NCBI GenBank assembly: GCA_951406725.2
Contig: OX597818.1
Coordinates: 66,154,001 to 66,218,000, forward strand
Length of the DNA: 64,000 nt
Origin: Octopus vulgaris
Taxonomy: Eukaryota
Direction: 5' to 3'
Shown here: piece by piece, positions 1 through 14,402 of the stretch
How the letters are laid out: every line of letters begins with the position of its first letter
How positions within the stretch are numbered: position 1 is the first letter of the stretch
Notes under the pieces: model-generated
Databases searched by the model: none
Told to the model about the DNA's origin: nothing
Seen by the model: the letters and a program-made list of their open reading frames with translations, nothing else
Program-made: the position numbers and the translations under genes

Positions 1-963
1 ATCTTTTTGTCATTCCAATTTCAAGTAACTTATATAAAATCATACTAACTACTTATATTTCTATTTCTGGAAATTTTTCTAAAAACAATTTCATTTTAAT
101 ATACATCATACTTTATTTTCATATTTTGCATTGTATAGCACTCATATCAGTCAACTCATATAACAATTTATATATAGCTCTGCTGTCCCATTGGACGTTT
201 ATTTATTTATATGTATACACAATCGTGCATACATATGCACATATATATGTATGTATATGTATGTGTGTATGTGTGTATGTATATGTATATATATACCAAT
301 ATATTGTAATTTACTTCTTATGATAACTGCTTTATATCGAATATATATCACTATATTACATAACTTCACACAGAGAGCATATTTCTTAAGACTTTTTCAC
401 TTATATTTCAAAGTATCCGTTAGCCGCATCATTTATAGTTCATACACAACTAGAATCAACACTACCGAAGCATCTTCTTATATTTCACCTTTCATAATCA
501 TTTTATGAATATCCGAATATGTTATATGACACTAACACTATCTAGATCTATGTAACAGTATATTATTCTTCTGATACTTCCTTTGCGATTTATTCTTCTT
601 TTGCAAAGAAGAGAACTGCAATATGTAATTAATTTAATTATAATTATAATTAAATTAATTTTTAATTTTCCATCTTTCTTACATGTTAATATTACCATCC
701 GAAACGATCGTATGTAAGGATTAAAAATTAATATCTCTTATCCATCTTTAATTCCTTGTTGAATTTATAGAGGATAAGTGTTCTATAATTGCTCGCAACA
801 CACCTTATACTTGAAATATTTTCATAATTTTCATATCTAAAAAAAACACTTACAAATGTAAGCTACCAATTTAATATGAAGAATCTATATTTGAAATCTA
901 ATTTCGGAACTCTCAAAGTTAAAGATGAAATAGAAATGACTCTTTTCTCATATACATATATAC

Positions 964-1057
<94 letters not shown>

Positions 1058-1232
1058 ATTTTATTTTATTACGTTCAGTTTGTAATTGCCAAGCAATGAA
1101 AAAGCACTTCTGTATTAATAATTGGGTATTCTACCAGCAGTATATTGGATAGATATTATCCCTTTTTTGGTTGGATTCACAACCTCTAAATCTATTGGAA
1201 TTATATATATATACATACATACATACATACAC

Positions 1233-1322
<90 letters not shown>

Positions 1323-1339
1323 AATGCAACATATTTTCC

Positions 1340-1843
1340 TTTGAGCCTCTTCTCCTTATCTCCTCAAAGACATACAGCATCACGAAAGAGTCCAGAAGCT
1401 GGCTACCCGCATGGTTCATGGTCTCAAAAATTTGTCCTACGAAGAAAGGCTGAGGACGCTCGACCTTTATTCTCTTGAAAAATGCCGCCGCCGTGGTGAT
1501 CTCATTCTCGCCCACAACATCATAAGCGGAAAGTGTAACCTCTCGAAAGAGCTGTTCTTCACTCCTGCTCCAGAGCGTCGGCTGCGGGGTCATTCCGAAA
1601 AGCTCTACCTGCGACGATTTCATCTCAATCGAAGGAGAGGAGCTTTCTCCGTCAGGTTGCGGATCCGTGGAACAAGCTGCCAGACGAGATGGTGAAGATG
1701 CCGACGACCGCTTTGTTCAAATCCTCCCTTGACCTCAAGTGGCCTGAACTCTTTACATGAACACCACCCTGTACTTAAATCCATGTCCCCCTACATGGCC
1801 TTGCTATTTGCTTTTGAGCCAAATTAACTAACTAACTAACTAA
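1340..1843 (+). mobile_element. CR1-group LINE, 5'-truncated 3' fragment (ORF2 C-terminus, 3' UTR, (CTAA)n tail)
   Basis: Translates as ...ERVQKLATRMVHGLKNLSYEERLRTLDLYSLEKCRRRGDLI..., typical of the CR1 ORF2 C-terminus. Ends in aactaactaact repeats. A near-identical copy lies at 11782-12127. Confidence 0.85.
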
Positions 1844-1973
1844 CATATGTATGTATGTATATACGTGTGTGTGTGTATATGTATTCCTCATTTAAATTCC
1901 GCTATTATTTCTCCTTTGATAATTTTTTTTTCCTCTGTTTATATTTTATCTAATAGGGATAATATAATGCATC

Positions 1974-1974
1974 A

Positions 1975-2065
<91 letters not shown>

Positions 2066-2133
2066 ATACTACTACTACTACTACTAATAATAATAATAAT
2101 AATAATAATGATAATAATAATAATAATAATGAT
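1974..2133. repeat. Compound (CTA)n/(TAA)n microsatellite
   Basis: Directly visible. Confidence 0.95.
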
Positions 2134-2633
2134 ATGACTGTCCCAATCGATATAAACGTATCTGTCAAGACCTACCAAAAACTGAGCAAATATAAAGATC
2201 TTGAAATAGAAATCAGCAAAATGTGGAAGCTGAAGACTAAAACAATACCTGTTGTCATAGGTGCCCTGGGAATGATAGCAAAAGGGGCTGATAGCTACCT
2301 AACTCAGATACCAGGAAACCCAAAAATGGCAGAAGTTCAAAAGATAGTGCTCATGGGAACTGCTCATATCCTACGCAAAATACTCTCTATGTAATCTCAA
2401 GGTTTAAAACAAACATAATTTTCGGTTTAAAAAAAAAAAAAAAAAAAAAAAAACTTTTTTTATTTTTATTTTTTTTTATTTTTAGACATTCATTAGTACA
2501 ATATCCCCACCCCCCAAATATATGGCACACTAGGCATAACAACAACATGAACTTCCAACCCTGTTGTCTCTTGAGGTCTCTGGGTGAGACTTGGAGCCAA
2601 CTTGTACAAATATAAAGCAAAAGTCAAACATAG
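2134..2633 (+). mobile_element. R4/Dong-like RLE non-LTR retrotransposon 3' fragment
   Basis: ORF 2134-2394 (MTVPIDINV...KLSKYKDLEIEISKMW...IPVVIGALG...GTAHILRKIL) matches the C-terminal restriction-like endonuclease region. It is followed by a 3' UTR and flanked by (TAA)n on both sides. Confidence 0.8.
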
Positions 2634-2801
2634 AATAATAATAATAATAATAACAATAACTGATTTCTTTAATGCATATACATATACATATAAACGTATA
2701 GATATGTATTTATGTATATTTATGTATATGTATGTATATGAAAATTTGTGTATATATCTTTGTATTTATATTTATAACTTAACCTTATTAACTTTCTAAG
2801 C

Positions 2802-2923
2802 TCTCTGACGAAGCTAAGAGTAACACCCAAGTACCTTAATGTTATCTACCAAATACTTCAGTTCATTGAAGGGATGGAATTAAAGTGGGGTACTATGACC
2901 ACTTGATTGAAACAGCTGTAAGA
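2802..2923 (+). ncRNA. Type I hammerhead ribozyme motif with long stem II
   Basis: tct-CTGACGA(2805-2811)...GAAAC-agct-GTA-aga. Stem III/loop is palindromic (acagctgt). Stem I is only 3 bp and the base of stem II is imperfect. Confidence 0.55.
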
Positions 2924-3062
2924 TACCATTCTACTTTCTATGCTCAATATTATATATTTTAATAATTATTGGTATTTTTATATTTTTACATATATATGCA
3001 CAGCATATATATATTATACATGAAATGGAAATAGTTATAATTTATTTTTAAATAAACAAATA

Positions 3063-3215
3063 GGCGCAGGAATGGCTGTGCGGTAAGTAGCTTGCTTACC
3101 AGCCACATGGTTCCAGGTTCAGTCCCACTGTGTGGCACCTTGGACAAGTGTCTTCTACTATAGCCTCGGGCCTTGTGAGTGGATTTGGTAGACGGAAATT
3201 GAAAGAAGCCCGTCA
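3063..3215 (+). mobile_element. tRNA-derived SINE family A, 5' half
   Basis: A-box-like tggctgtgcggt and B-box-like ggttcagtccc. Homologous to the full copies at 19661, 25291 and 57310. Ends at the internal (TA)n. Confidence 0.85.
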
Positions 3216-3217
3216 TA

Positions 3218-3248
<31 letters not shown>

Positions 3249-3756
3249 TAATTCTCATATTTCAATACAAAAGCAAGAGATTAAGAAACCTTCGTGTATT
3301 TTAATATTTCTATGCATGACTTTTCCTGAGATGGCAAAACGGTCATATGACGACGTAACGTTATGCATCTGAAGAGTTGGCATTGGAATGTGTTTGACTG
3401 ACATCATGCAATTTATATTAATGATTTCTATTGAAATGCATTTAAAATGAAGTGACTAAATTTGTTGTTTCCAGTTACGCTTTTGTTTTTCATTCTATCT
3501 CACGCAATATATATGCATAGACGTATGCTAATACATTGCTCTTTTCAACATTGTGCTCAGTAATATCAAACGAGTCTTTTCTAAGTTGTGCATCATTACA
3601 ACTTCATTTATCCAATGTTTTATAAAAAGAAACTTTTCTGTCACAATGAAATGACATTATTATAAAAGTCTCGGAAGAATATTACATGACAAATCGGAAA
3701 AAAAGTATTATATTGTTTTAGCTTTCATTACGTAACAAATAATTCTTGTAAGTATT

Positions 3757-3793
<37 letters not shown>

Positions 3794-3841
3794 GTGTGTA
3801 TGTGTATACATACACATATATATATATATATACATACATAC

Positions 3842-3895
<54 letters not shown>

Positions 3896-6800
3896 GTATA
3901 TATATATACATATATATGTATATATATTTACATAAGACACGAATACGCTCATACATACTCATATAGTATTATATTTCTTACATAGATTCAGATATATAAA
4001 TGTACATGGCGAAAAATAATATTTCCATAATTGAATATCTGTCAAAATATTACAGGAAATCATACATCAAATTTTTCTTCATTCCTTATGTAATCTTAGA
4101 GTTCAACAAACGAAAATTGCAAGAAACAAAAATAGCAAAATAGTCTTCATGTTTTTGTGATTTAAAAACATAACACTTTCTTGCTTGTGTCACACTTGAA
4201 ATTAATTCGCCAATTCTACACATGTTTTATATAAAAAAATATTGCTGGCGTATGTGAATGGTAATTTTTATTTCTGGATATATTTTTGAATATTTAATAT
4301 TGCAATAGTTAGAACGTTGTGAAAATGTCATTGTAAACTATTAAAGTATGAAACATTCTCGATATTCTCTTCAATTTCTATGAATGTATCTCAAAATATT
4401 CACGTTTTCGTAAATATAAATAAAATATAAATTCATATGGTCGCCGGTGCATCCGCAGATATTCTCTGCCATAGAAAGACAACGGCATACGATTAATATC
4501 TTTTGGTCCCTCCTGAAGACGGTAAGAATTTTTTCAAAAGCAATTTCCTTATTTCATTTTGTTGCTTTGACTTTAGAACATATTCTTGCTGGAAATGAAC
4601 TTATTAACACATGCCTTTCATAACGTCTTGCTTTACTGTTTTCTTGCAATTCTCTCTCTTTTTCTCTCTTTTTTTCACTCCCTTTTTCTCTCTTTCTCTC
4701 TCTCTCTCTTTTTCTCTCTTTCTATCTCTCCCTCTCTCTCTCTGTCACACTTTTCATTTAAATATTTCTCTCTCTCTCTCTCTTCGTATAACTTATCTTG
4801 TTTCAAAGGTATCCACATCGACATTTATTCAATATCTTACATACTTCAACCTTTGACCATTCTTTCTCGCACATTCCATTAGTATCCATTCCCCTTTTCT
4901 CTCATTTAATAAATCCTTCCTCCCCCCACAAACATTCTTTTAACTTAACTGAACTTGTAACGCTCACTGCGTGTCACTCTCTGTCTGTCTGCATATCCCC
5001 ACGTCCCCCTCTCTCTTTCTTTCTCTCCACAATGTCTAATCATTTTTAACATAGGAAAGGTGATGAGTCAGATTTTCTTGCAGATATTTTGAGAACAATT
5101 ATGATAATATTCTTACATGGCTGAAACAAATGTTTGAAGAGGCACATAAGCATGAAGAATATGATACCTGCTACATATTATGGAGTGGCAAGGTAAATAT
5201 GTTCCTAAAGTTTGCAATAGTGCGAGTGATTGCATACCCCAGAAATTGATGTGAGGACAATATGATTAAGGTGAAAATCTTGGCACACACTATGTAAACG
5301 TTTACTCGGCTCTACATTAAAAAATGTAAATAATCGTAGTACATGGAAACAGAATTTGGAATTAATTGCGAATGATATAGATAGACTTACAACAAAGTAA
5401 GATACCCATCTCATCTAATCTTTTATGCCAACTTAATCCTGGGAGGGTTATGGGACAAAGCCTTTAACCACGCCTATCCTCACGTCTTATCAGATGTAAT
5501 TGTTTCCAAATAATGAGGACAAATCCACAAATATGACCAACTGAAATCATGGAGGTTATCCAACCCTCTTGCTTGGTAGTTTTTGCCTATAAATCTTGAC
5601 TCACGATTCCTTTCCGAAGCTTTCTTCCAAAGTGTCCATTCTATTAAGGTTATGATCTTCCAATTCGTAGAAGTAGATAATTTGATCTTCAAGCTACACA
5701 CTATATCCTGGAACGTTATCCCAAAGAATCTTCGGTGGAATATCATCTTGGCAGCTTGTATTCAAGGTCCTATTCTTTTTTTCTTATTATTACCGAAGAT
5801 TCTGGACCATAGGTAAGAATCAGCGAAAACACCTAATTCACGAAGCGAGTTTGGCATTTACACCTATCTCCCTCCATCTGATGACAGAATGTTGTAGATG
5901 CTGCATCACTACCCCAGCCCCTGCAATGTTTGCCCTTAATGTAGCCACCTAACTTATTTCTATTCAGCCTTGTTACTTGTTGCTTGAAACGGATGGAAAC
6001 ATATTTCTCATTGGTCAGCAAATGTGATGAAAGATTGGCGGTAATATAAGTAAAAGTAAATATCTGGATTCGAAAAATTATAGATGGAAACAAATACATG
6101 GAGAAACACGCATAAACAAGGAATTTCGTGTAACTACACATCCGATCTTGAAAATAAGTTATTTATGCATTAAGATAACATGGATAACATCGATTTGGGT
6201 CGCTAGAATTTGAGTTGTCCCATTTTCATATATTCTGCGAATTTAAGAGATTTGAATAACTTATAGCATTGTACACAGGATTAATATAAATGTGATTTAA
6301 ATTAGTTAAGAATTTATGTTTTTCTTAGTATTTATTGAAATACCCAAAAGTTTCTATTGATGATAATTTATTAACTCTTTTTCTGTTTTATTAGTGAATA
6401 TAATGCAGCGCCGCGCGTCTGGTCATATTGAAGTAGAAGTTACACATTTTGTTTTGGCTTTAACTCTCCATTACGCTACTTTTCGCAAGGTATTAAATGA
6501 CATGTTTTGATTGGGATAACAAAACTCGAAGCAAGTAGGCCTGACGACGAGATTAGATATCTATGAAAGTTCATCAACAAATGGAATAGATCTTTGCAGC
6601 AAATCATACAAGGATCTTAAATTACTTGGTTCCTCCACCTTGAAAAATATCGATATCAATATGATATTAAACTATCGGTTTGGTATCAAGAACAACTTAT
6701 ATTACGATACTACATTACCTCAGATATTCAGATACTAAATCTGTATATGTGATGTCAGAAAAATGTGACTGTAATCTAGGTGTAAATACCGAAAAGAAAC

Positions 6801-7199
6801 TTAGAACCCAGAGTCATGTAATGTGATTGTGGGGGCTAAACGCGTCTATATTTAATGCACTGAAATTCCAATTCCAGTCTATCGAGAAGAAGTGATACAG
6901 TATTTTAAAGTGTATTGTTTCCTCATCTGACATAACCTGAAAACAACCAAAACAAATATGATGAGTTTGGTTTATAAGGCAGACATTTACGGTGAAGAGA
7001 TGAAAAAGTAAATGAAAGGAAAGGATGTAAGTTAATAAAAAGAGCATGATATCGAAAAGGGAACGAATAAAGTATCGTATGAAGGGAAGCGATTGCAAAT
7101 GGTAATGCATGATTGTCTCGATTTCCGTTTTCTCTGTCACGTGTCAGACTCTGTAGGTGAAATATGATCCGAATTGCTGAATATATAAAATACAAATTC

Positions 7200-7957
7200 T
7201 ACTTCCTATTGTGTAGTTGTAGAACGCAAGCTTTCTCTTCCATCTTGAGAGGTTTGTTAAACGTCGTATAAATGAAGATTTTAAGTAGCATAAAGAATGT
7301 TCTCAAAACACCTACCTGAAAGTGTGGCACACGAAAAAAGTAGTCGGGTTATGCAGCATTGCGTAAATGGAGAAATAAGTTTACAAGAGCTGATAAGGAT
7401 TCACCATCATATAATACTTTCAAAATGATTCAACTTGAACCGTTTCAAAATCTGTTGACACAATCCTGCATATCTGAGAATGCTAAGTCAATTTATGTGT
7501 AATATTCTTTGGAGCGAGTGTAATATTTTGGAAAATATCTTGAATAACATCCGGCGTTCAAACTGTAAAATTTATTTGTTTTGAAGCTTTGCGCACTGAC
7601 ACCAGAGCGTACCAATTTTTTGCCAACATTTATTTCTCGGTCGGTGTGTCTTTAATTGCCTAACAGAACCCGTTCTCATGCGTGCTTCCACAATCTCCTT
7701 TCTTTCTCCTACTGAGTACATCATAATGCAGAAGTTTCTAGAGATGTTCACGCAATGCAATCTCAGAATCATTTAATGTGGAGAGGATGCGGTGATAAAT
7801 TAGCATAAAGTCGTCTAATGCGCAAGCAGCTACAAACTGTCGAAAAAACACGACACTTGCAAACGAAAGACTATGAAATACGCATTTCGTTTGTGGAAAT
7901 TTATTTCAAAATTTACGCTATGCTACGGAACCCGGGCTACTTGTGCCTCACCCTGTA
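7200..7957 (-). mobile_element. Degraded Tc1/mariner-type DNA transposon
   Basis: The minus strand starts TA-CAGGGTG at 7957, a typical terminus. It is followed by MMYSVGERKEIVEARMRTGSVR, resembling the DUF4817-type transposase N-terminus. The lower boundary is approximate. Confidence 0.5.
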
Positions 7958-8748
7958 AAATTTCAGTGGTATATAATCCACTTGATTCAACACTCTTCAA
8001 TGCCTCGCCTTTTTAACATTAGCTGGTACCTCAAGAATTTCTGGGGCAATTTTCATTCAAAAACAGAATCACTAATCACTCTACTGGTTCCAAGATTTTT
8101 CTGAATTTCCCAAGAGTTTAATACAATTTCTGGTAGAGTAACATCTTTCGACATCTTGGTGTATCACTCATTCTAATAATTCAAGAAAATCGAAAACACA
8201 CCAGAGATTTTATGGGTCATTATTCTTTGGTTGCACACAAGTTAGTTTCTTTTATGAATATGCTGGAAAGGTTGAAGTATATAGGATCTGCCTTTCAAAA
8301 ATTTAGGGCAATCGCTTTTTAAAGTTAGATTTCAGGGTCCTGTTAAAATTATTGGAAAATAAAAGTAGTAATCAATAATGGAGAATTGAATGTTAGTATT
8401 GTGTACATAGTTGTGTTTGTTGCTTTATAAACGAATGGTTGTTTTTTTAATGCATGTATGCATGTGGGTGTGTGTATGTGACTCACCATATCTATATCTA
8501 CACGTTTTTAATTTTGATTCAGAACAGGAGGTTAAAAAGTTAGAGGAATAGAGAAATATCTCTTATACATTTCCCAAGAGATGACTTATTAGCATAATCA
8601 GTAATGTTCTTGGTCTACCGAGAAGACGTATATGCTTATGTATATATGCATGCATGCACACTCACACACACATATATATATGTATAAACATATAATAAAT
8701 ATAGACAGCCGTGTGCAATGTTTTACTAACACACAGAGACACACACAC

Positions 8749-8794
<46 letters not shown>

Positions 8795-9412
8795 TCATAC
8801 TCTCATAAGCATGTTCGCACGTTAGTATATATGTATAGAAACACAGGCATATGTATATAAATACTTGTGTGTATGTACATTATTTGTATCTTTGATATAT
8901 TTTCTCACTACGTATATATTGTTTGATCATGTCTAATATAACTTGTTGCTATGGAGATATTTCCATGGGGGAGAACTGATTAAGATTTTAAACATTCACA
9001 AAACCAACTTGAAGATTACTTTGCAGCAAAGCAGTGATCTAATAAATCTTCTTTCAATCATTTTCACCCACCAAAACTACACAGAGTGCCAGAGCTATCG
9101 CAGCAACCAGTTTTATACAAACAGGAAAAAAACGCCATCTCTATTTCAATAAAAACAAGATGGCGACATAGACATTGATGTCGAGGAAACTGTTTTTTTT
9201 TATTTTTGATATATTAGATTTTGTTTGTGCTAAGTTAGAGGAGTTTCTGGTTTCAGCGCATAGGAAAAAGTATGAATGTCTTGATATGCAAAGGAATATA
9301 ATATTATGGAGAGTATTGTTCGTTGAAGATATATTGGAGTGGTGGACATTATAAAACATATACTTTTAGGGGATTTAAAAAATATATAGTTTGTGTGGTG
9401 AAATAACATCTG

Positions 9413-9459
<47 letters not shown>

Positions 9460-9490
9460 GAATGTGTTTTTGTATGTGAATGCATGCGTA

Positions 9491-9561
<71 letters not shown>

Positions 9562-10199
9562 GTATATATGCATGTGTACTTGTGTGTGAGTGCATGCGTA
9601 TGAATATATATATATGCATGCATGCATGTATGTATGTATGTATAGAGGGTGTTCGGGGGAAAGTTAGCAATATTTTATGGTTCCATGTTTTCAGCAACAC
9701 CTTCTTATATGTATTCGTGAATAGTTAACGCTGTTAGAAAGCGTCAACTGTATCATGGTGATTCGTGCCGAAAATATAAATGCAGATATTACGACTGCTA
9801 CTCAATGTTCTGTGAACACGGAAAAAACTGTAAAACGTGACACGGATTACAAAGTGTAAGAGATACTGCAAAGTTGTCACCAGCAAGAAGGGCCAATTGA
9901 GGTGTTCTATATGAGTCCGCATGACACAAGTCATCACCACATTTTGGAAAAAAGTATTAGGCACAATTCATACCGGTACTTGAAACTATTTCGAATGTAT
10001 TCAAAACCTGCCTTATATGGGTTGCTGCTGCCAAATCATAAGTGTGGCAGCAGGATTAGGATGTATGCTAAATCTCTGAATAATGTCAGAATTTGGTATC
10101 GGAGAATTTCTACAACACCAACAACAGATTCTGCCGACTAATTCCATTTATAATTCTATGGATAGCTATGTGTGAGGGGCACCAAACTGTCACATATAA

Positions 10200-11034
10200 C
10201 GTAAAGGTCAAGATAAAGGAAGAGTTTGCTGATTTTTTACCAGGCATTAGGCGAGGAAGGCGTTCACCAGGATCGAGAACCAAGTTCAGGCCGTGGTGGA
10301 CGATGAGGATAGCGAGTTTGAGTTATATCCTAGGAAAAATGTAGATGAGGCAACTATACTGGCAGTGCAGAACCAAGCACTGGCCAAGAACTGGAGTGTC
10401 AACCTTAACAATGGGCAAATGTCTCCACAGTGCTTCATCTGACCATATCACGAACGAATGCCCTAGACTCGTCCCAAACCGCTACAAGCTGTGGTGATAC
10501 GATCAGTTAGCGAAATTGTTACAGTGGAAACTCTGTGAAAACGGGAGACTAGGGAGAGAGAAGACATGGTATGAGCAGAAACCGCAGAGTGATGGAGTCG
10601 GACCCAATCAAAATCCTCTGGAATTTCCCAATCCAAACAGATCCGGTGGTAGAACATATCAGACCGGACCTGTTGGTGGTGGACAAGGTGCACTACATAT
10701 GCTATATAGTTGATGCTGAATGCTCATTTGACCCAAGAAGGAAGGCGAAAAGATAGATAAATACCACCCTCATAAGTACGAAGTAACCCAGCTATGGAAA
10801 ATGAAGAAGGTGAAGACGGTGCCAAGTATTGTTGGGTCCTTTCGAAGAGTATTAGACGGCATCAAGTGGAATATAAAAGAAACTGGAATAGAGTGCCCTG
10901 TAGAACTGTTGCTGGTTTGCCTCTTTGGCACGAGGAGAATATTCAGAAAAGTAATATATAGCTGAAAATAATGGATAGCATTGTACCGTAGAGGGCAGGT
11001 TGCAGGGCCTCTATGCTTAAATTCATAAAACGTA
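10200..11034 (+). mobile_element. Degraded R4/Dong-like RLE LINE 3' fragment (second family)
   Basis: Frame-broken peptides EATILAVQNQAL, DHITNECPRL...LLQWKLC (zinc knuckle region) and KILWNFPIQTD...RPDLLVVDK...IVD (PD..D nuclease motif). Runs into (AAC)n/(AAT)n. Confidence 0.75.
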
Positions 11035-11135
11035 ACAACAACAAAAACAACAACAAAAACAACAGCAACAACAGTAATAACAATAATAATAATAATAATA
11101 ATATCGATAATAATAATAATATTGCTAATAATGAA

Positions 11136-11178
<43 letters not shown>

Positions 11179-11181
11179 GTA

Positions 11182-11237
<56 letters not shown>
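11035..11237. repeat. (AAC)n/(AAT)n microsatellite
   Basis: Directly visible. Confidence 0.95.
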
Positions 11238-11239
<2 letters not shown>

Positions 11240-11423
11240 CTATATAATATCAAATTTTAAAACAGATAATTTTCTTAATCTCTGGAACAACACTAGGTGC
11301 AAAACTAAATATATGACATCCTAGGTATAACACCAGCCTGAACTTCTAATCTGTTGTCTCTTGAGGTCCCTGGATGAGACTTGGAGCCAACTTGTACAAA
11401 TGTATAGCAAACGTTCAACATAA

Positions 11424-11424
<1 letters not shown>
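11240..11424 (+). mobile_element. 3' UTR-only copy of the R4/Dong-like element at 2134-2633
   Basis: ctgttgtctcttgaggtc..tgagacttggagccaacttgtacaaat matches 2561-2611. (TAA)n lies on both sides. Confidence 0.8.
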
Positions 11425-11489
<65 letters not shown>

Positions 11490-11513
11490 AATAATAATAA
11501 TAATAATAATAAT

Positions 11514-11555
<42 letters not shown>

Positions 11556-11583
11556 AATAATAATAATAATAATAATAATAATA
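11425..11583. repeat. (TAA)n microsatellite
   Basis: Directly visible. Confidence 0.95.
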
Positions 11584-11670
11584 AGAATAATATCAGCAAC
11601 GACAGTAATACATACATTATTTACATTATTTACATTTGACGGATATTTGTCCTCATCTTGTTTGTTGTTA

Positions 11671-11714
11671 ACACAACGTTTCGACTGATATACTCTCCAG
11701 CCTTCATCAAGTGT
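11671..11714 (-). ncRNA. Minimal hammerhead-like motif (C3U variant) in a short repeat
   Basis: Minus strand reads acac-TTGATGA-aggctgg...tcagtc-GAAAC-GTT-gtgt. Stems I and II pair. Confidence 0.55.
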
Positions 11715-11781
11715 CTTGGGGAAATTGCAAACCTGGGTTCTCATTCCTAAGGTATTTTTCGATGTTATTATCAACAGTAAT

Positions 11782-12127
11782 ACATCATAAGCGGAAAGTG
11801 TAACCTCTCGAAAGAGCTGTTCTTCACTCCTGCTCCAGAGCGTCGGCTGCGGGTTCATTCCGAAAAGCTCTATCTGCGACGATTTCATCTCAATCGAAGG
11901 AGAGGGGCTTTCTCCGTCCGGGTTGCGGATCCATGGAACAAGTTGCCAGACGAGATGGTGAAGATGCCGACGACCGCTTTGTTCAAAGTCTCCCTTGACC
12001 TCAAGTGGCCTGAACTCTTTACATGAACACCACCCTGTACATAACTCCATGTCCCCCTGCATGGCCTTGCTTTTTGCTTTTTGAGCCAAAAATTAACTAA
12101 CTAACATTAACTAACTAACTAACTAAC
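11782..12127 (+). mobile_element. CR1-group LINE 3' fragment, copy of 1517-1843
   Basis: Near-identical sequence with the (CTAA)n tail. Confidence 0.85.
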
Positions 12128-12880
12128 ATATTCTTATATATATATTTACCTATACGCACGTACATGTACATTTATATATGTAAACTTTCTCAATTAATTC
12201 CTATTCACATGTATTTGTAATTTTACAGAAATTTAATCATAGGAAAACATTTTACTTTTGGCAACATTTTGAATATTTCAGTTGCAATAGTTGAATTATT
12301 CAAAGAAATACTTGCCATTAATACTGACGAATGAAATCAAACCATGAGATATTCATCTTAGACTTCCAAAACTGTCTTTAAATTCAAAATTTTGGTGACT
12401 GTCAGTCAAATATTTCAAAAAGAGTAATACAACTGAAATACTAAATAATATTGTAAATATAAAATTAAATAATTTTGAAGAAGAAAAATGTTAAATGATA
12501 TAAACATTCTTGAAAATTGTAAAAGGAATCTTTTTTTTTTATTATTTAAACTCGGTGAAAACCAATAATAGCAGTGTTTGTGTTGCAATCTAAATTCTTT
12601 TTGAAGAGCTTTTCAAATTTAAAATGAATCTTGATTACATTTTATAATGTGAATACTTTATTGAAATTATACAAAAATATCTGTTTGATTTAATGGAGGT
12701 TATCAACCATAGAATCTCTAATACTTTAACTTTCTCTGGAATTTACCATATCTTCTGGGATCTTTATTACGCTATTTATGTGATTATATTGCTTTTGTCT
12801 GTAAAATGTTTGGATATTTTAACATATCAATTTGGACATTCTGTACGAATTGCCACATTATGAAGATACGACATCAACGA

Positions 12881-12933
<53 letters not shown>

Positions 12934-13869
12934 ACAAGACAGAGAGGGATAGAAAGAACAAGACACAGAGAGAGGGAGAGAAAGAAAGAATGAAAAGAAG
13001 AAAGAGAGAAAGAAAGACGGAAAAAAAGAAAGAGAAACAACAGTTACGTAGAATACAGCTAAAAATTATGGGCAAGAAAATAAACGGTTTCTTCGGTGAA
13101 TGATTAACTACGATATGAAGTTGGTACACATTTTATACTGTTATATTAAATTATGTTTAAATCATTAAAATTATTTCTAAACACATCTGGAGGATACTAA
13201 ATAAATGACGACGTCATGAAATCGTTAATTATTATTTAGAATATTACTGATTAATTTGTAACTTAACTTTGTACCAAAAATGTGGAACCAAAGAGATAAA
13301 TACGCAGTAAAGTAAGCCTGATGATTTCTTCAACGCTACAAATGCAAATGGGAAAGAGTCAGGAAGGAAAGCATCAGCCATTGATGAGAGCGAAAAGAGA
13401 CGACTGTTGGTGAGAGAAGAAATAGTCGGCTATTGATGAGATGAGCATGAACTCAGCGTAGGGTGTACACGGATCTCCGGCAGTTATTTTACAGACATGA
13501 CAACTCTACAATTAAAGAGAACGGAAACATTTCACAGTTTCCTTGCAAATGATAAATGTCCCAAAATGGTAAAAGAAAGCATCATACGAGCCAGTTGGCC
13601 TCGAGGTATGCTAAGAAATGGACGCTCTGCGGTGACCACAGTCGGGGGCTGTCCTCTAAACGTTACAATACAACCCCATATGAGTTGCATGGTTTCCTTT
13701 CCTTGTCCTTAATGATCTCAGAATAGATCCAACTACATCTAACACCTCCAACTAGAAAAGGTGTTAACACTTGCAGGCCCATCGATACCAAATGTTTCAA
13801 GCCATGGAACGCATTGTCAGAATTAGACTGGTCCCGTTCCTGAAAGAAAACATTTTGCTCTCACACATG

Positions 13870-14395
13870 TCGTCAGTTTAGGGCGAGGATAGATCACACA
13901 GCTACCACAGCATTACGACTAGATACTGGACCAGTGCTTCAACCACTCAAATGTGGATGTAATACATCTAAACTTTGCCAAGGACTGTGGCATTTTTCCT
14001 CAAGGTCTGAAATTTCACGAACTGAGTTTCTTTGGAATCACTAGAAACCCATGAGAGTGGCTGTATGACTTTCTAAAATGCTAAGCACGATTGCAACTAA
14101 TGCTACTCTCTTTGGGAAGAAGTAATCCATCACCGTACTCCCTCAAGGCACTATACTCTGAAGATTACTATTTGTGGTTTTCTCACAGACATGCCCTCAG
14201 TCGTACAGACAGTCAATCTCACGGCCTGGGGTGATGATTAAAATGCTTCACAAGTCGTTAACAACTCTGATGACATATAACAAATGCAAAGCGACCTGAA
14301 AGCAATGTTAAATACGTGGACTAATCAATATAAAACTCGTTCTAATAATGAGAAGTTTAAAACACACTATTATATGCCCACAAACTACAACTAAA
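13870..14395 (+). mobile_element. Highly degraded CR1-group RT fragment
   Basis: TQLPQHYD*ILDQCFNHSNVDVIHLNFAK aligns with [30 protein letters not shown] of the element at 58741-60110. Confidence 0.7.
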
Positions 14396-14402
14396 GCTAA
14401 GA

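Noticed and set aside
675-717. Hammerhead-like cttaca...GAAAC-gatc-GTA-tgtaag
   Set aside because: Stem I and the palindromic stem III are present, but the CUGANGA core is missing. At most a dead relic, so it was not listed as a feature.
9641-9990. Possible mariner end (tagagggtg) and transposase remnant
   Set aside because: No matching second TIR and no clear catalytic motif could be read.
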